Shown: positions 12,894 to 24,166 of the stretch, piece after piece
How the letters are laid out: each line of letters opens with the position of its first letter
How positions within the stretch are numbered: the first letter of the stretch is position 1
Origin: Octopus sinensis
Taxonomy: Eukaryota
Reading direction: 5' to 3'
Length of the DNA: 64,000 bases
Assembly (NCBI RefSeq): GCF_006345805.1
Contig: NC_043016.1
Coordinates: 30,256,001 to 30,320,000 of the forward strand
Program-made: the position numbers and the translations under genes
Notes under the pieces: generated by a model
Seen by the model: the letters and a program-made list of their open reading frames with translations, nothing else
Databases searched by the model: none
What the model was told of the DNA's origin: nothing

Positions 12894-13721
12894 ATTTGAG
12901 TGTGGCCAATGCTAGAGCTACCTGACTGGCTTCTCAACCACTTTTGGAGCAGTTGGTGTTAGGAAGGGCATCCAGGTGTAGGGACTTTGCCAAATCAGAT
13001 TGGAGCCTGGTGCAGCCTCCTGATTTGCCTGTTTTCTGTCAAACCGTCCAACCCATGCCAGCATGGAAAGCAGACATTGAATGATAATGAATGATGAACA
13101 ATATATATATATAATGATGAACAGTATATATATATATATAGATATAGATATATATATACATATGTATATAAGCATATATAATAATTAATAATTTTACCAA
13201 GTAGTTCAGAATGTTAAAATAAACTTTTTTAGGTAAATTTACACAAAATATTTTATAATTATAATCAGGGGTCAGCTAATTGCTTCACCATGCACCAAAT
13301 TTAGAAATAGGAATTAAAATGCCTTTTCTGCTACTATAGAGATCTCCCAGAAAGTAACACACTTTTTTCTGTAGGCAAAAAGCAAAAATAATGAATCCAC
13401 ACAACTCAGATTAGCTACATACGCATTTCAGGATTAAAGTAATGTAATATTTACTTACTTATTTCATCTCTTCAGTGCAGCATTTCAAGATATAAATTTA
13501 AGAGTGTTAGAATTAAATATGTACTACACGAGAAAAACAGCACCATTATGTGATTCACTCTGCCAGAAATTTGGAAATGACATGCTGTAGTGCTTGGCAT
13601 AGAAGACACTTGCTCAAAGTGCCACACAGTGGGACTGAACCTGGAATCATGAGTATGTGAAGCAAGCCTCATACAATAGAGCCACATATGAACAGATGGT
13701 GAACACGCATGATGAACAGAT

Positions 13722-14341
13722 GGTGAACAACTTTTGGCTTAACATGTACCAACAGTGATAAAAATCAAACATCCAGTCAAGATCATCGTGTTAGGCCTCA
13801 ATTCATCTTCCCACACGGCCTCAGACTCAACATGCAGGCCTACATCAAGTGCCTGGAGGAGGTAGTGCTGCCCTGGATCAAGAGAGTGGCTGCTGGAAGA
13901 CCCTATGTCTGGGAACAGGACTCTGCCCCATGCCACACAAGCAGGTGAAACCAGTCATGGCTGTCAGATAATTTCTGCAACCACATCACCCCTAACATCT
14001 GGCCACCTAACTCCCCAGACAGCAACCCCTTTGATTATTATGTGTGGGGCACAGTTGAACAAGAGACCAACTCCTTGTAACACCAAAGATGAACTGAAGG
14101 CAAGGATTATGGCAGCATTCATTAACTTAAACAAGGAGACCATCCAGAAGAGTTGCAGAAGATTCTGAAAACCTCTGGAAGCCGTGGTTGAAGGCAATGA
14201 TGATTTTATTGAATAAATTTACTCTTAAGTATTTCAAGATATTTTTATGTAATTTTGGTAAATATATCTGTTAAATTGAGATGTCAATGTATTTTCATTT
14301 TTGTGTAACTTAGACGACAAAATATTCACCACACCCTGTAT
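13722..14341 (+). mobile_element. Tc1/mariner DD37D (maT) transposon, 3' part with TIR
   Basis: LEEVVLPWIKRVAAGRPYVWEQDSAPCHT...WPPNSPDSNPFDYYVWG; 37 residues between the last two Asp once a frameshift is corrected. Ends in TIR-like ACCCTGTA. Confidence 0.85.
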
Positions 14342-14365
14342 GGTGAATGCACATGTGTGTGCGTG

Positions 14366-14401
<36 letters not shown>

Positions 14402-14569
14402 AAAGGTATGCGTTTGTGTACATGTCCAATGATATTTAATACACCTGTGTACAGTCAAATATAGAATAACCTTTTGATGCAGAAATGGTCTCAAAAAAAC
14501 AATTCTCTCAAGTTGTATGTATGAAAACACATTGGGCTATGAATGATATCGTCAGATTGTCATGTATAT

Positions 14570-15229
14570 AGACATACATGCATACATACATTCATTCATA
14601 CATACATACATACACACGCACATACATACATACATTCATTCATTCATACATGCATACATACACACACACATACATACATTCATTCATTCATTCATACATA
14701 CATACATACATACATACACACACATACATACATTCATTCATTCATACATGCATACATACATTCATTCATTCGTACATACATACATTCATTCATACATACA
14801 TACATACACACACACATACATACATTCATTCATACATACATAAATTCATTCATACATACATACATTCATTCATTCATACATACATTCATTCATTCATACA
14901 TACATACATTTATTCATACATACATACATACATACATACATACATACATTCATTCATACATACATACATACATACATACATACATACATACATTCATTCA
15001 TTCATACATACATACATACATTCATTCATTCATTCATACATACATTCATTCATTCATTCATACATACATACATACATACATACATACATACATACATACA
15101 TTCATTCATTCATACATACATACATACATACATACATTCATTCATTCATTCATACATACATTCATTCATTCATTCATACATACATACATACATACATACA
15201 TACATACATTTATTCATTCATTCATTCAT

Positions 15230-15284
<55 letters not shown>

Positions 15285-15285
15285 T
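14570..15285. repeat. Compound (CATA)n/(CATT)n/(CA)n microsatellite
   Basis: Directly visible. Confidence 0.95.
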
Positions 15286-15514
15286 TATTTGGAACAATTT
15301 TATTCAGTTTCCATGCTACTTCAAGTTTCACAAACCCCTAGCAAAGCCTGAAGGAGATGGACTCCTGTTAGGGGCCTGTGAAACTTGAAGTACCACAGAA
15401 ATCAAATGAAACTGTTTAAAATGATACATGTAACTCCTACTAAATGTATTGAGTGCCCTTTTCTTTTGTTTGTCCACTCACTCATGTATATATATATATT
15501 CTTTTATTCTTTAT

Positions 15515-15910
15515 TTCTTTTACTTGTTTCAGTCATTTGACTGTGGCCACGCTAGAGCACCACCTTTAGTCAAACAAATCGACCCCAGGCTTATTCTTTG
15601 TAAGCTTAGTACTTATTCTATAAGTCTCTTTTGCCAAAGCGCTAAGTTACAAGGATGTAAGCACCCCAACATCAGTTTGGGGGCGGGGACAAACACACAC
15701 ACACACAAATATATATATGTATATATATATGGAAAAAAGTCAAGATAGAAAATGCTAAAATAATTATATGATGGGCTTCTTTCAGTTTCTGTCTACCAAA
15801 TCCACTCACAAGGCTTTGGTTGGCCTGAGGCTACAGTAGAAGACACTTGCCCAAGGCCCCAGAACCATGTGGTTGGTAAGCAAGCTACTTACCACACAGC
15901 CGCTCCTGTG
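15515..15910 (-). mobile_element. SINE family A
   Basis: Same head, body and tail as the other family A copies. Confidence 0.8.
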
Positions 15911-16041
15911 TCTATATATTTATACTAGCAGTATAACCCGGCCTTGCCCGGGATTAAGTTACGATTATTAAGCTAATCAAGTTCTTTATTTCAAACCAAA
16001 CTAAGTAATATAGATGTCAAATTTGGGCGAAATTAGTTATG

Positions 16042-16103
<62 letters not shown>

Positions 16104-18046
16104 ATACAAATATATATGGGCAACAGACACGAACAGACATACATACGTACACCTATTGCATGTTTTGTGCACGCATACATGTTCATAAAGAATGGAAAAA
16201 CTATTGTTAAATTTGTAGATTAACACTCACACAATTTTCACTAAGAAAAAAAAGGGTTTTTTTTTTGCATGGAATCAACTACTCTGGCCTCAAAACCCTT
16301 TTTGTGGTCCGTGAAACAGAGTGGGGTGTGGTGGAAGCCTCACAAATTGTACCCATTTATATTGTGTAATTTACTGACAAATTATTACTCACCTCTTTGT
16401 TTTTTTGTTGTTAAATAAATGGATTGTCAACAAAACACTTTTTTACTCGGCGTAAAATAAAAACAAATCTCTTTCGCACCCAAAGTAATGTGTGTGTGAG
16501 AGAGAGAGGGGGGAGAAAGAAGAACAAAATAAAATAAATAAATGATTTAAAATAAATATATTGTAATTGCTGTGTGAGAAAGTATATATACTATGATTAT
16601 AAAATATAGTGTGCCTTTCAAAAACAAAAACAAAAATTTTACATTTTATTTTTTATGAACATAGTCATTTACTCTCTCTCTCCCTCTCTCACTTTGTCTT
16701 CCCGTGAAACTCTCTGCCTCCTTCTTCCACTTTTCTTTATCTTATTTTTTTTTTGTTAGACACCATCAAAAGCAATAGCTGATATTTGTTATGGTTAAAA
16801 GCTATGGTTGAAAATAGATTTTTACCCTATCCGCGAGTGCCTCAGGAAAAAAATAAGTTGACAAAACCCAAATAGGATGTTGACAAATGTCCTCCTAAAA
16901 TTTGAGCGACATGCGTGCTAATTTGTGGATGTGCATAAACTACAATCACGTACACACACACACAAGCACACACATCCACCCTTTTATAGATATGATAAAT
17001 ATTGAAGGAAATAGAAAAATACAATTGACAAATAAATAAAAAATACAATATAACAAATAAATAAAACAAATATATATCCTACAATTTGTTTCAATTCATA
17101 TCCACTAGTGGATTTATAAAAATACATGGTTATATAAAATTCACATTTATATATATGGATTTTGTCAGGGTAATATTTGTCTAAAAAATAGACAAAAATT
17201 TCACGCATGAGTTGCTAAATCATAAAATAGATTCATCATCATCATCATCATCATTTAGCGTCCGTTTTCCATGCTAGCATGGGTTGGACTAGATTGATAT
17301 ATATATTTAATTAGAGGATATGTTAACCTTGTAAATGGATGGTTGCACCCTAGGAAATACTGGTTCAATACCTAGTATATTGGGGGAATGAAATTCCCTT
17401 AAAACAATAGTTATATATTAAGCTTATATATTTATATCCATTTAAAAGACTGCTGAAAGGAATTGATAGGTCCACATATAACATCCAAGGGTACATCTTT
17501 TTTTTTTCTCTCTGATGAAATTATACTCATGTCACATAAATGTAAATTTAATATGCAAATTTGTAATTAAATTATTGAGTACTAATTGAAATGGCAGTAA
17601 GAAACGAAAATGACTAATTTGTTAATAATAAACAATTATTGACTTCCTTATTTCCATTTTCTTTTCTTCTTTTGAATAGATATATTGCAAAACAAGTAAG
17701 TGATAAAAGATATGCCATCACTTTTTTTATCATATCAGTGCCGTATGTTTGTGTATTTTACATTCAACTATTGAGGTGATGGCTGAGAAATTCTCTCCTT
17801 CAGGAATGCGGCACTGAATTAGTTTAGCAGCTGTAATACTTTGATTGTCAGTGTGTTTCTAGATTTCAGTTTTTGGCATTTGCACAACTATAGTGAAGTA
17901 AGATGTTTCCTGTTGCAGCATGTTGATGCTGCAAAAGAAAATGGTCTAGTGATAATAATTGTAGCAGGAACTGTACCTGAAGTTTTTATTAATTCTTTTA
18001 GCTCAGTTTTTTCAGGTAAAATTGCTCCACCAGCAATTTTTCTGTC

Positions 18047-18457
18047 TCCTTAAAATTAACTTAGCAAAAACTAAGGCTTTAGATAGCAAGAAAGCAGGCA
18101 GGATCCTTCCCACTTCAGGTAAATAGCCCTGCTCAATATTTAGGAAACGTGCAAGCAGGAACTCCATACAGTGTACCTAGCACTATCTATGGATACACAT
18201 GAGGTGCAGTGGACTAGCAGGAAGGTTATTACAAAAAGTAGTGTTTACATGTGGAAGATGCACAGAAGCCATAAAACTAGATACTCAGAAAAATTGGTTC
18301 CCTCAAATGCCCCAGATACTCTTTAGAGGTAGAGGGTGATTTCTGCTACCTAGGAGAACTAATTAGTAGTAGGAGAGGATGAACAGAAAGTGTAATAGCT
18401 AGAATAAGAATAGGATGGAGATAATTCAAAAAGCTTTTACTTCTGTTGGCAACCAAA

Positions 18458-18541
<84 letters not shown>

Positions 18542-18990
18542 GTCTCTAAGTGAAAGGTAAATTGTATGATGCATGTATACAAACAGTAATACTATATGGT
18601 AGTGAGATATGGGTCCTGAATGCAGAGGACACATGAAGGCTAAAGGAAAATGAAACTAGTATGTTCCACTGGATGTGCAATGTAGGTGTAAATGTGCAAC
18701 AGAGTACTAATGCATTGAGTGAAAAGTTAGGCATAAGAGAAATTAGATGTAGTGTTCAAGAAAGAACACTGTGCTGGTTTGGTCATGTGATGCAGATGGC
18801 TGTAGACAGCTGCATAAATAAATGCTGATCACTTAAAATGGATGGAACTAATGAAAAAGGGAGATTCACAAAGACATGAGACGAAGCACCAAAGGCCAAT
18901 TTCTGGACACTGAGCCTTAAGAAGGAGATAACAAATAACAGATGTTTGGTGCCTTGCTATAGTCAAAATTACCCTCCCATTACAGCAGAA
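18047..18990 (+). mobile_element. RTE-clade LINE remnant (post-RT region)
   Basis: INLAKTK, Cys/His cluster, FCYLG, ARIRIGW, KGKLYDAC..ILYGSEIW, WFGHVMQM; multiple stops. Confidence 0.8.
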
Positions 18991-19941
18991 TTGTTAATGC
19001 TCCCTTCCCAGCTGGAGAGATCTTTTCCTCACAAAAGCCCTCATGTTTGTGCACACAAATAGCACCCATGCCAGCTCACGTAGGTAGCACCCATGGTGGT
19101 GCTATGTAGAAAGCACCCAACACACTCTGTAAAGTAGTTGTCTTTAAGAAGGGCATCCAGCCATGCTAAACCATACTGGAACCTTAGCTCTCCAGTTTGC
19201 CAGCTCTGGTCAAACTGTCCAACCCATGTCAGCATGGAAAACGAACGTTAAATGGTAATCATGATAATGAAGATGATGATATATATATATACATATATCA
19301 TTCTTTATCCATTTTAGCCGAACAAATTGACCCAAGTGCTTATTTTTGTAAAGCCTGTACTTATTTTACCAATCTCTTTTGTTGAACATCCAGATTATGG
19401 GTGGAGGTGCTTATCTCCACTTTGGAAACATTAAGGACACAGGAAATGCGTCAAGTCCAACAGGAAGCGATGTTTCCTAGGGCTAAATAACAGTAGCATT
19501 CTTCCCTTTCATGGAACTGTCACATTAAGTTGACAACATGGTATCACTTTATACCAACTCCTGTTGCCAAAGAGTGGTGGGGGACACAAAGACACACAAA
19601 CACAGGCACACATGCACGCACACACACACACACACACTACAGTAAAGGGAAATATGTAATATGTCTATATATATATATATGTGTGTGTGTGAGTATATAT
19701 ATATATACGCACACACGCAGATATATATATAGACATATTACATATTTTCCTTTACTGTAGTAAAATTGACTTACAGCTATTTCCATTAGTCATTATATGT
19801 TCATTATTGATAGGTCTACTAAATCATTAACGATTAAAAAAATTAATGCTAGTTTGTAAAAGTCCATATGTACACATACACACATATATATGTGTGTATG
19901 TATATATAATATATATATGTCTCTGTCTCTGTGTGTGCATG

Positions 19942-20019
<78 letters not shown>

Positions 20020-20122
20020 ATAGAGAAATATTTTTTTTAATTCTCAAACGCGTCATAATGCTAATAAAATAGTGTGAACAGGATAAATGTATATATATAT
20101 ATGTATATATATGTATGTATGC

Positions 20123-20211
<89 letters not shown>

Positions 20212-20659
20212 ATTAAAATTTATAAACTTTCAAGAGAATGTAAAATAATTCTTTTGTGGATTTGGTTCTCAAAACACATTAATGCTATAAATAATAGTTG
20301 TAAATGAACGCCACCATCATGCAAGCACTTGTCATTTGTTTCCAATTTTCATGGCAATATGTCTGGTCGTAGGGAAATATTAACTTCAGATTTGGTAACA
20401 GGAAGGACTTTCAGCCACAGAAAATCCATCTCAGCATTTCCATCTGACCCATATGCAAGCATGGAGAAGTAAATATCAACTGATGATGATGATGATAATG
20501 ATGATGACAATATATAAAAAATTGGGAGGTTCTTCATTGTCACTCCATCTGCTAGAAACAGCAGCCAAACTTCTCTTAAGTGTCATCCTGCTCTTTAAAG
20601 AATAAGACAGGATGATCATAGTTGGAATACCTTTGATCATAAGTGTACCCATTCAGAAC

Positions 20660-20838
20660 CAGTGGCTGGTAATAAAGTCACAGTTATGTCTAGGAAAAAA
20701 TGTCACAATTAATTTATGGTGGCTAGTAATAAAAATCACAGGGAAAAAAGGGTCACAATTAATTTATGGGATCCAGACAAAACCCCTTCATACAACCCCC
20801 CTCACCTGGACAAAACACCTGTGACTTTTTTACCTGGA
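20660..20838. mobile_element. Small MITE-like repeat (GGTAATAAAGTCACAG...TGTGACTTT)
   Basis: Second copy at about 27430-27580; internal inverted AAAGTCACAG / CTGTGACTTT. Confidence 0.55.
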
Positions 20839-21124
20839 TTCTCAGAGCCAACCTAGCATTAAACAGTAGCAGCATAAAATAGTTTTGTATATGGAATTTG
20901 GTTAGAAAGACAAAACAAAAAATATCTTATAATAACACAACTTTTGCTGTTCCTTGGAAAATGTGTAAATACACATATATTTTGGTAGTTTTGAATACAT
21001 ATACATTTACCACAATTGTGAAATTAGGTAGAACATTTACTGTAGAAAAACGAGCGAATTATTCACCGCAGCATATTGTACATACTAAAAGTGATCAAAT
21101 CTGTATCAATATTTGGGGAGTGAT

Positions 21125-21529
21125 CTCTTTTACTCTTTTACTTGTTTCAGTCATTTGACTGCGGCCATGCTGGAGCACCACCTTTAGTCAAGCAACTCGA
21201 TCCTTGGACTTATTCTTTTTGTAAGCCCAGTACTTATACTATCGGTCTCTTTTTGCCGAACCGTTAAGTGACGGGGACGTAAACACTCCAGCATCAGTTG
21301 TCAAGCAATGCTAGGGGAACAAACACAGACACACAAACACACACACACATATATATATATATACATATATACGACAGGCTTCTTTCAGTTTCCGTCTACC
21401 AAATCCACTCACAAAGCATTGATCGGCCCAAGGCTATAGCAGAAGACACTTGCCCGAGATGCCACGCAGTGGGACTGAACCCGGAACCATGTGGTTGGTT
21501 AGCAAGCTACTTACCACACAGCCACTCCT
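21125..21529 (-). mobile_element. SINE family A, full length
   Basis: Same head, body and tail as the other family A copies. Confidence 0.85.
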
Positions 21530-21839
21530 TTTTTTTATTTTCCTTTTATTTTGGCGTTTTTATTTACATTCTCATAGCCTCATCATGTACATTTTTCAAC
21601 AACACTTCCAATTTGAAAAACTGAATATCATACATGCAAGCCAAAATGTTGCAACTATTACATAGTTTAGTAAAACACCCACCCATCATTATTGATGCCT
21701 CGGGAATTTTAATTTTAAGAGGAATGAAACATTCAGTCAAACAACATTGAGGTTATTACGAAATTCTAATTAAAGATTTTCATTCAGATCACTTCAAAAC
21801 CGGAAGCTTGTTTCATAGAGTGAGTGCCAGTTTTATGTT

Positions 21840-21939
21840 NNNNNNNNNNNNNNNNNNNNNNNNNNNNNNNNNNNNNNNNNNNNNNNNNNNNNNNNNNNNN
21901 NNNNNNNNNNNNNNNNNNNNNNNNNNNNNNNNNNNNNNN
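21840..21939. other. Assembly gap (100 N)
   Basis: Exactly 100 N, a typical placeholder for unknown gap size. Confidence 0.98.
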
Positions 21940-22479
21940 CCTGTTTGAGAATCACTGGTTTAAATGTATTTGCAGTTTTGAAAGTAATAAGGCAACACAT
22001 TAACTTAAAGACTAAGTCTTTGACAGTATTAGAATTTCTCACATTAGCATAAAATCACAGATATTTTGTGGCGTGGATATTATCAATGTTATTCATCCTA
22101 GAATATCACCTATTTCTCTAATCAAAGCAACACACTGTGACCCTTGTCCTGAGTGGCTGATGCAGTCATTCAAGCTGCAAGAAATAGCAGCAAAGCCTCT
22201 GTCAAATATTACTCTACCGTTTTTAATAAATCAAAATCAAAAACACATTAGATAATGTTGTCTTTGAATTTGTGTAAGGGACAGGATTGCCACAGCTGGA
22301 TTTCCTGTTGTTATTATTCTGTTTGATCAAAACAACAGCAACAAAACCTGACTCTGAATATACAGTAATTCATTGGTGCACCATTTTTTAAATGACAGAT
22401 TTCAGTAACAAATATACTTCACCTCTGACCTAAGAATAGCTATACAGGTGACCTATATATCATTCTACAAAATATGTGA

Positions 22480-22810
22480 AGCTGCATGACTCAGTGGTTA
22501 GAATGTTAGGTTCACAATAAGGAGGTAATGAGTTTGATTCCTGCACTGGGCTGTGTATTGTGTTCTTGAGCAAGATGCTTTACTTCATCTTGTTTCAGTT
22601 CAATCAGTGGCAGAAATGGGTGTGTGATGTCACTGGTGCCAAACTGTATTAGACTTTGCCTTTCCCTAGGATAACATTGGGAGACTCATATGCATGGGTT
22701 ACTGCTGGTCTTTCGTAAACAACCTTACCCAGACTTATGCCTTGAAGGAGAACTTTCTAGCCGCAATAACATGGTCATTCATGACCAAAGGGGCTCTTTA
22801 CCCTTTACCC
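22480..22810 (+). mobile_element. SINE family E
   Basis: tRNA-like head GCATGACTCAGTGGTTAG and GGTCATTCATGACC tail; second copy at 47697-48035. Confidence 0.75.
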
Positions 22811-22974
22811 TGAATGTCTCACAACACACCTGACACAGAGCCCACAATATAGGAGCCACCATACAGTTGTCACTCTACATATTAGAAATACCAACCATAT
22901 TTCCTTCTAGCTTCAAAAAATAAAGAATACATTCAAGCCACATTCAGGGATGTAGTCAGCAAAGAGTTGGTAAT

Positions 22975-23500
22975 GAGCTCAGTGAGGAATGTAGCATGCA
23001 TTCATCAAGGTTCAAATCTCAGTCTTGCTTTATTGTAGTTCTCCAAGCAATGCCAGAAGAATTTAAGGCCAACTGTCCATTGGGGCTCCAATATGTCAAT
23101 GAAGTAGTATTTAAAGCAGAATCTGTGAAATACTTGTGAAAGAAATTCTAGACAGACACAGCAGCAAAACCTAGAATTGGGAGGCCTCAAAATGAACTTA
23201 GTAAAGACTTTGCTTTAATGAAGCATGCTGCACTGGATATGTAGCGATAGAATGCATGAATAATGCGATGACACATATGTCCTTGAGATAAACAAGGTAT
23301 AAAAGGAATCAGTTGTAGTGTGGAAGAGGGGATATTGTGAAGGTATGAACATGTGACATGCATGGATGATAATATTTGAGCAAAGAAGTACCAGGATATC
23401 AGAACAGAAAAAGAAGACCAAAGAAAAGATGGCAGAAGTGGTGAAAGCTGATTTCAGGATGCCAAAACCTCACAGACAAAACTGGGAATTACATATAAAG
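22975..23500 (+). mobile_element. RTE-clade LINE remnant (RT core plus deleted C-terminus)
   Basis: IHQGSNLSLALFIVVLQAMPEEFKANCPLGLQYVNEVVFKAES aligns to HQGSxLSPLLFIIV...ELLYADDLVLIAES; later RPKKRW motif. Confidence 0.75.
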
Positions 23501-24135
23501 AAAGATATGATCAGGGAGGAAATTGTAGAAAACCGGTGCTTTTAGAAAGAAGAACTGGGCATAGGAATTATTGCAGGGCTTGGTGGGTGGGATCAGGCGC
23601 AAGAATCATGGAAAGAGGAGAGACGAATGGATTGAGAAATCCTGGCAAAAGCCAGTTCCCAGGAATGAAAACCATTATCATATCAATAGAAAAAGCAGTG
23701 AGAGGAGACAGTACACCTGTGGACCAGAGTTTAAAGTATGTCTGAGTGACTCTATGCCAATCAGGTGGGTAGACCATCTCTGAAGTGAAGGGTAGCAGTA
23801 TAACAGACAAAATGCTTCGTGGCTTTGATTTCAAATTCCACTGAGGTCAACTTTGAATTTAATCCTTTCAGAGTCAATAAAATATGTACCAGTTGAATGC
23901 TGGGGATCAGTGCAATCGACTCATCCCCTCCCCAAAATTGCTGCCCTTGTTACAAAATTTGAAACCATTATTATTAATATCATTATTTTCTGTTTCATGT
24001 TTTCAGGTTTTCCAAGACAAATGGGAAGAATTTATTCCAAAATTGAAGACCTGACATGAATGCTCGCAACAGAGTGAATTTCCCCTAAAAGAACCCAAGA
24101 ACCAGCTAGTGGGATTAAACTAGGCAACTGATTAA

Positions 24136-24166
<31 letters not shown>

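Noticed and set aside
14543-15388. Long His/Thr/Tyr/Ile ORFs (up to 281 aa)
   Set aside because: Translations of the (CATA/CATT)n microsatellite, open in several frames; the same applies to 54582-55409 and 58501-59153.
17765-18047. Minus-strand reading (GDRKIAGGAILPEKTELKELIK..) with TAG codons that A-to-I editing might recode
   Set aside because: The putative acceptor lies in the RTE junction, the two open segments are in different frames, and nothing in the sequence supports editing.
19397-19480. Short ORF MGGGAYLHFGNIKDTGNASSPTGSDVS
   Set aside because: The ATG derives from a decayed SINE tail; 27 codons with no splice or homology support.
23039-23140. Exon-like ORF LQAMPEEFKANCPLGLQYVNEVVFKAESVKYL with a good acceptor
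   Set aside because: It is a decayed RTE reverse-transcriptase core (HQGS..LSP..FI..YADD becoming YVNE), followed by RTE C-terminal remnants.
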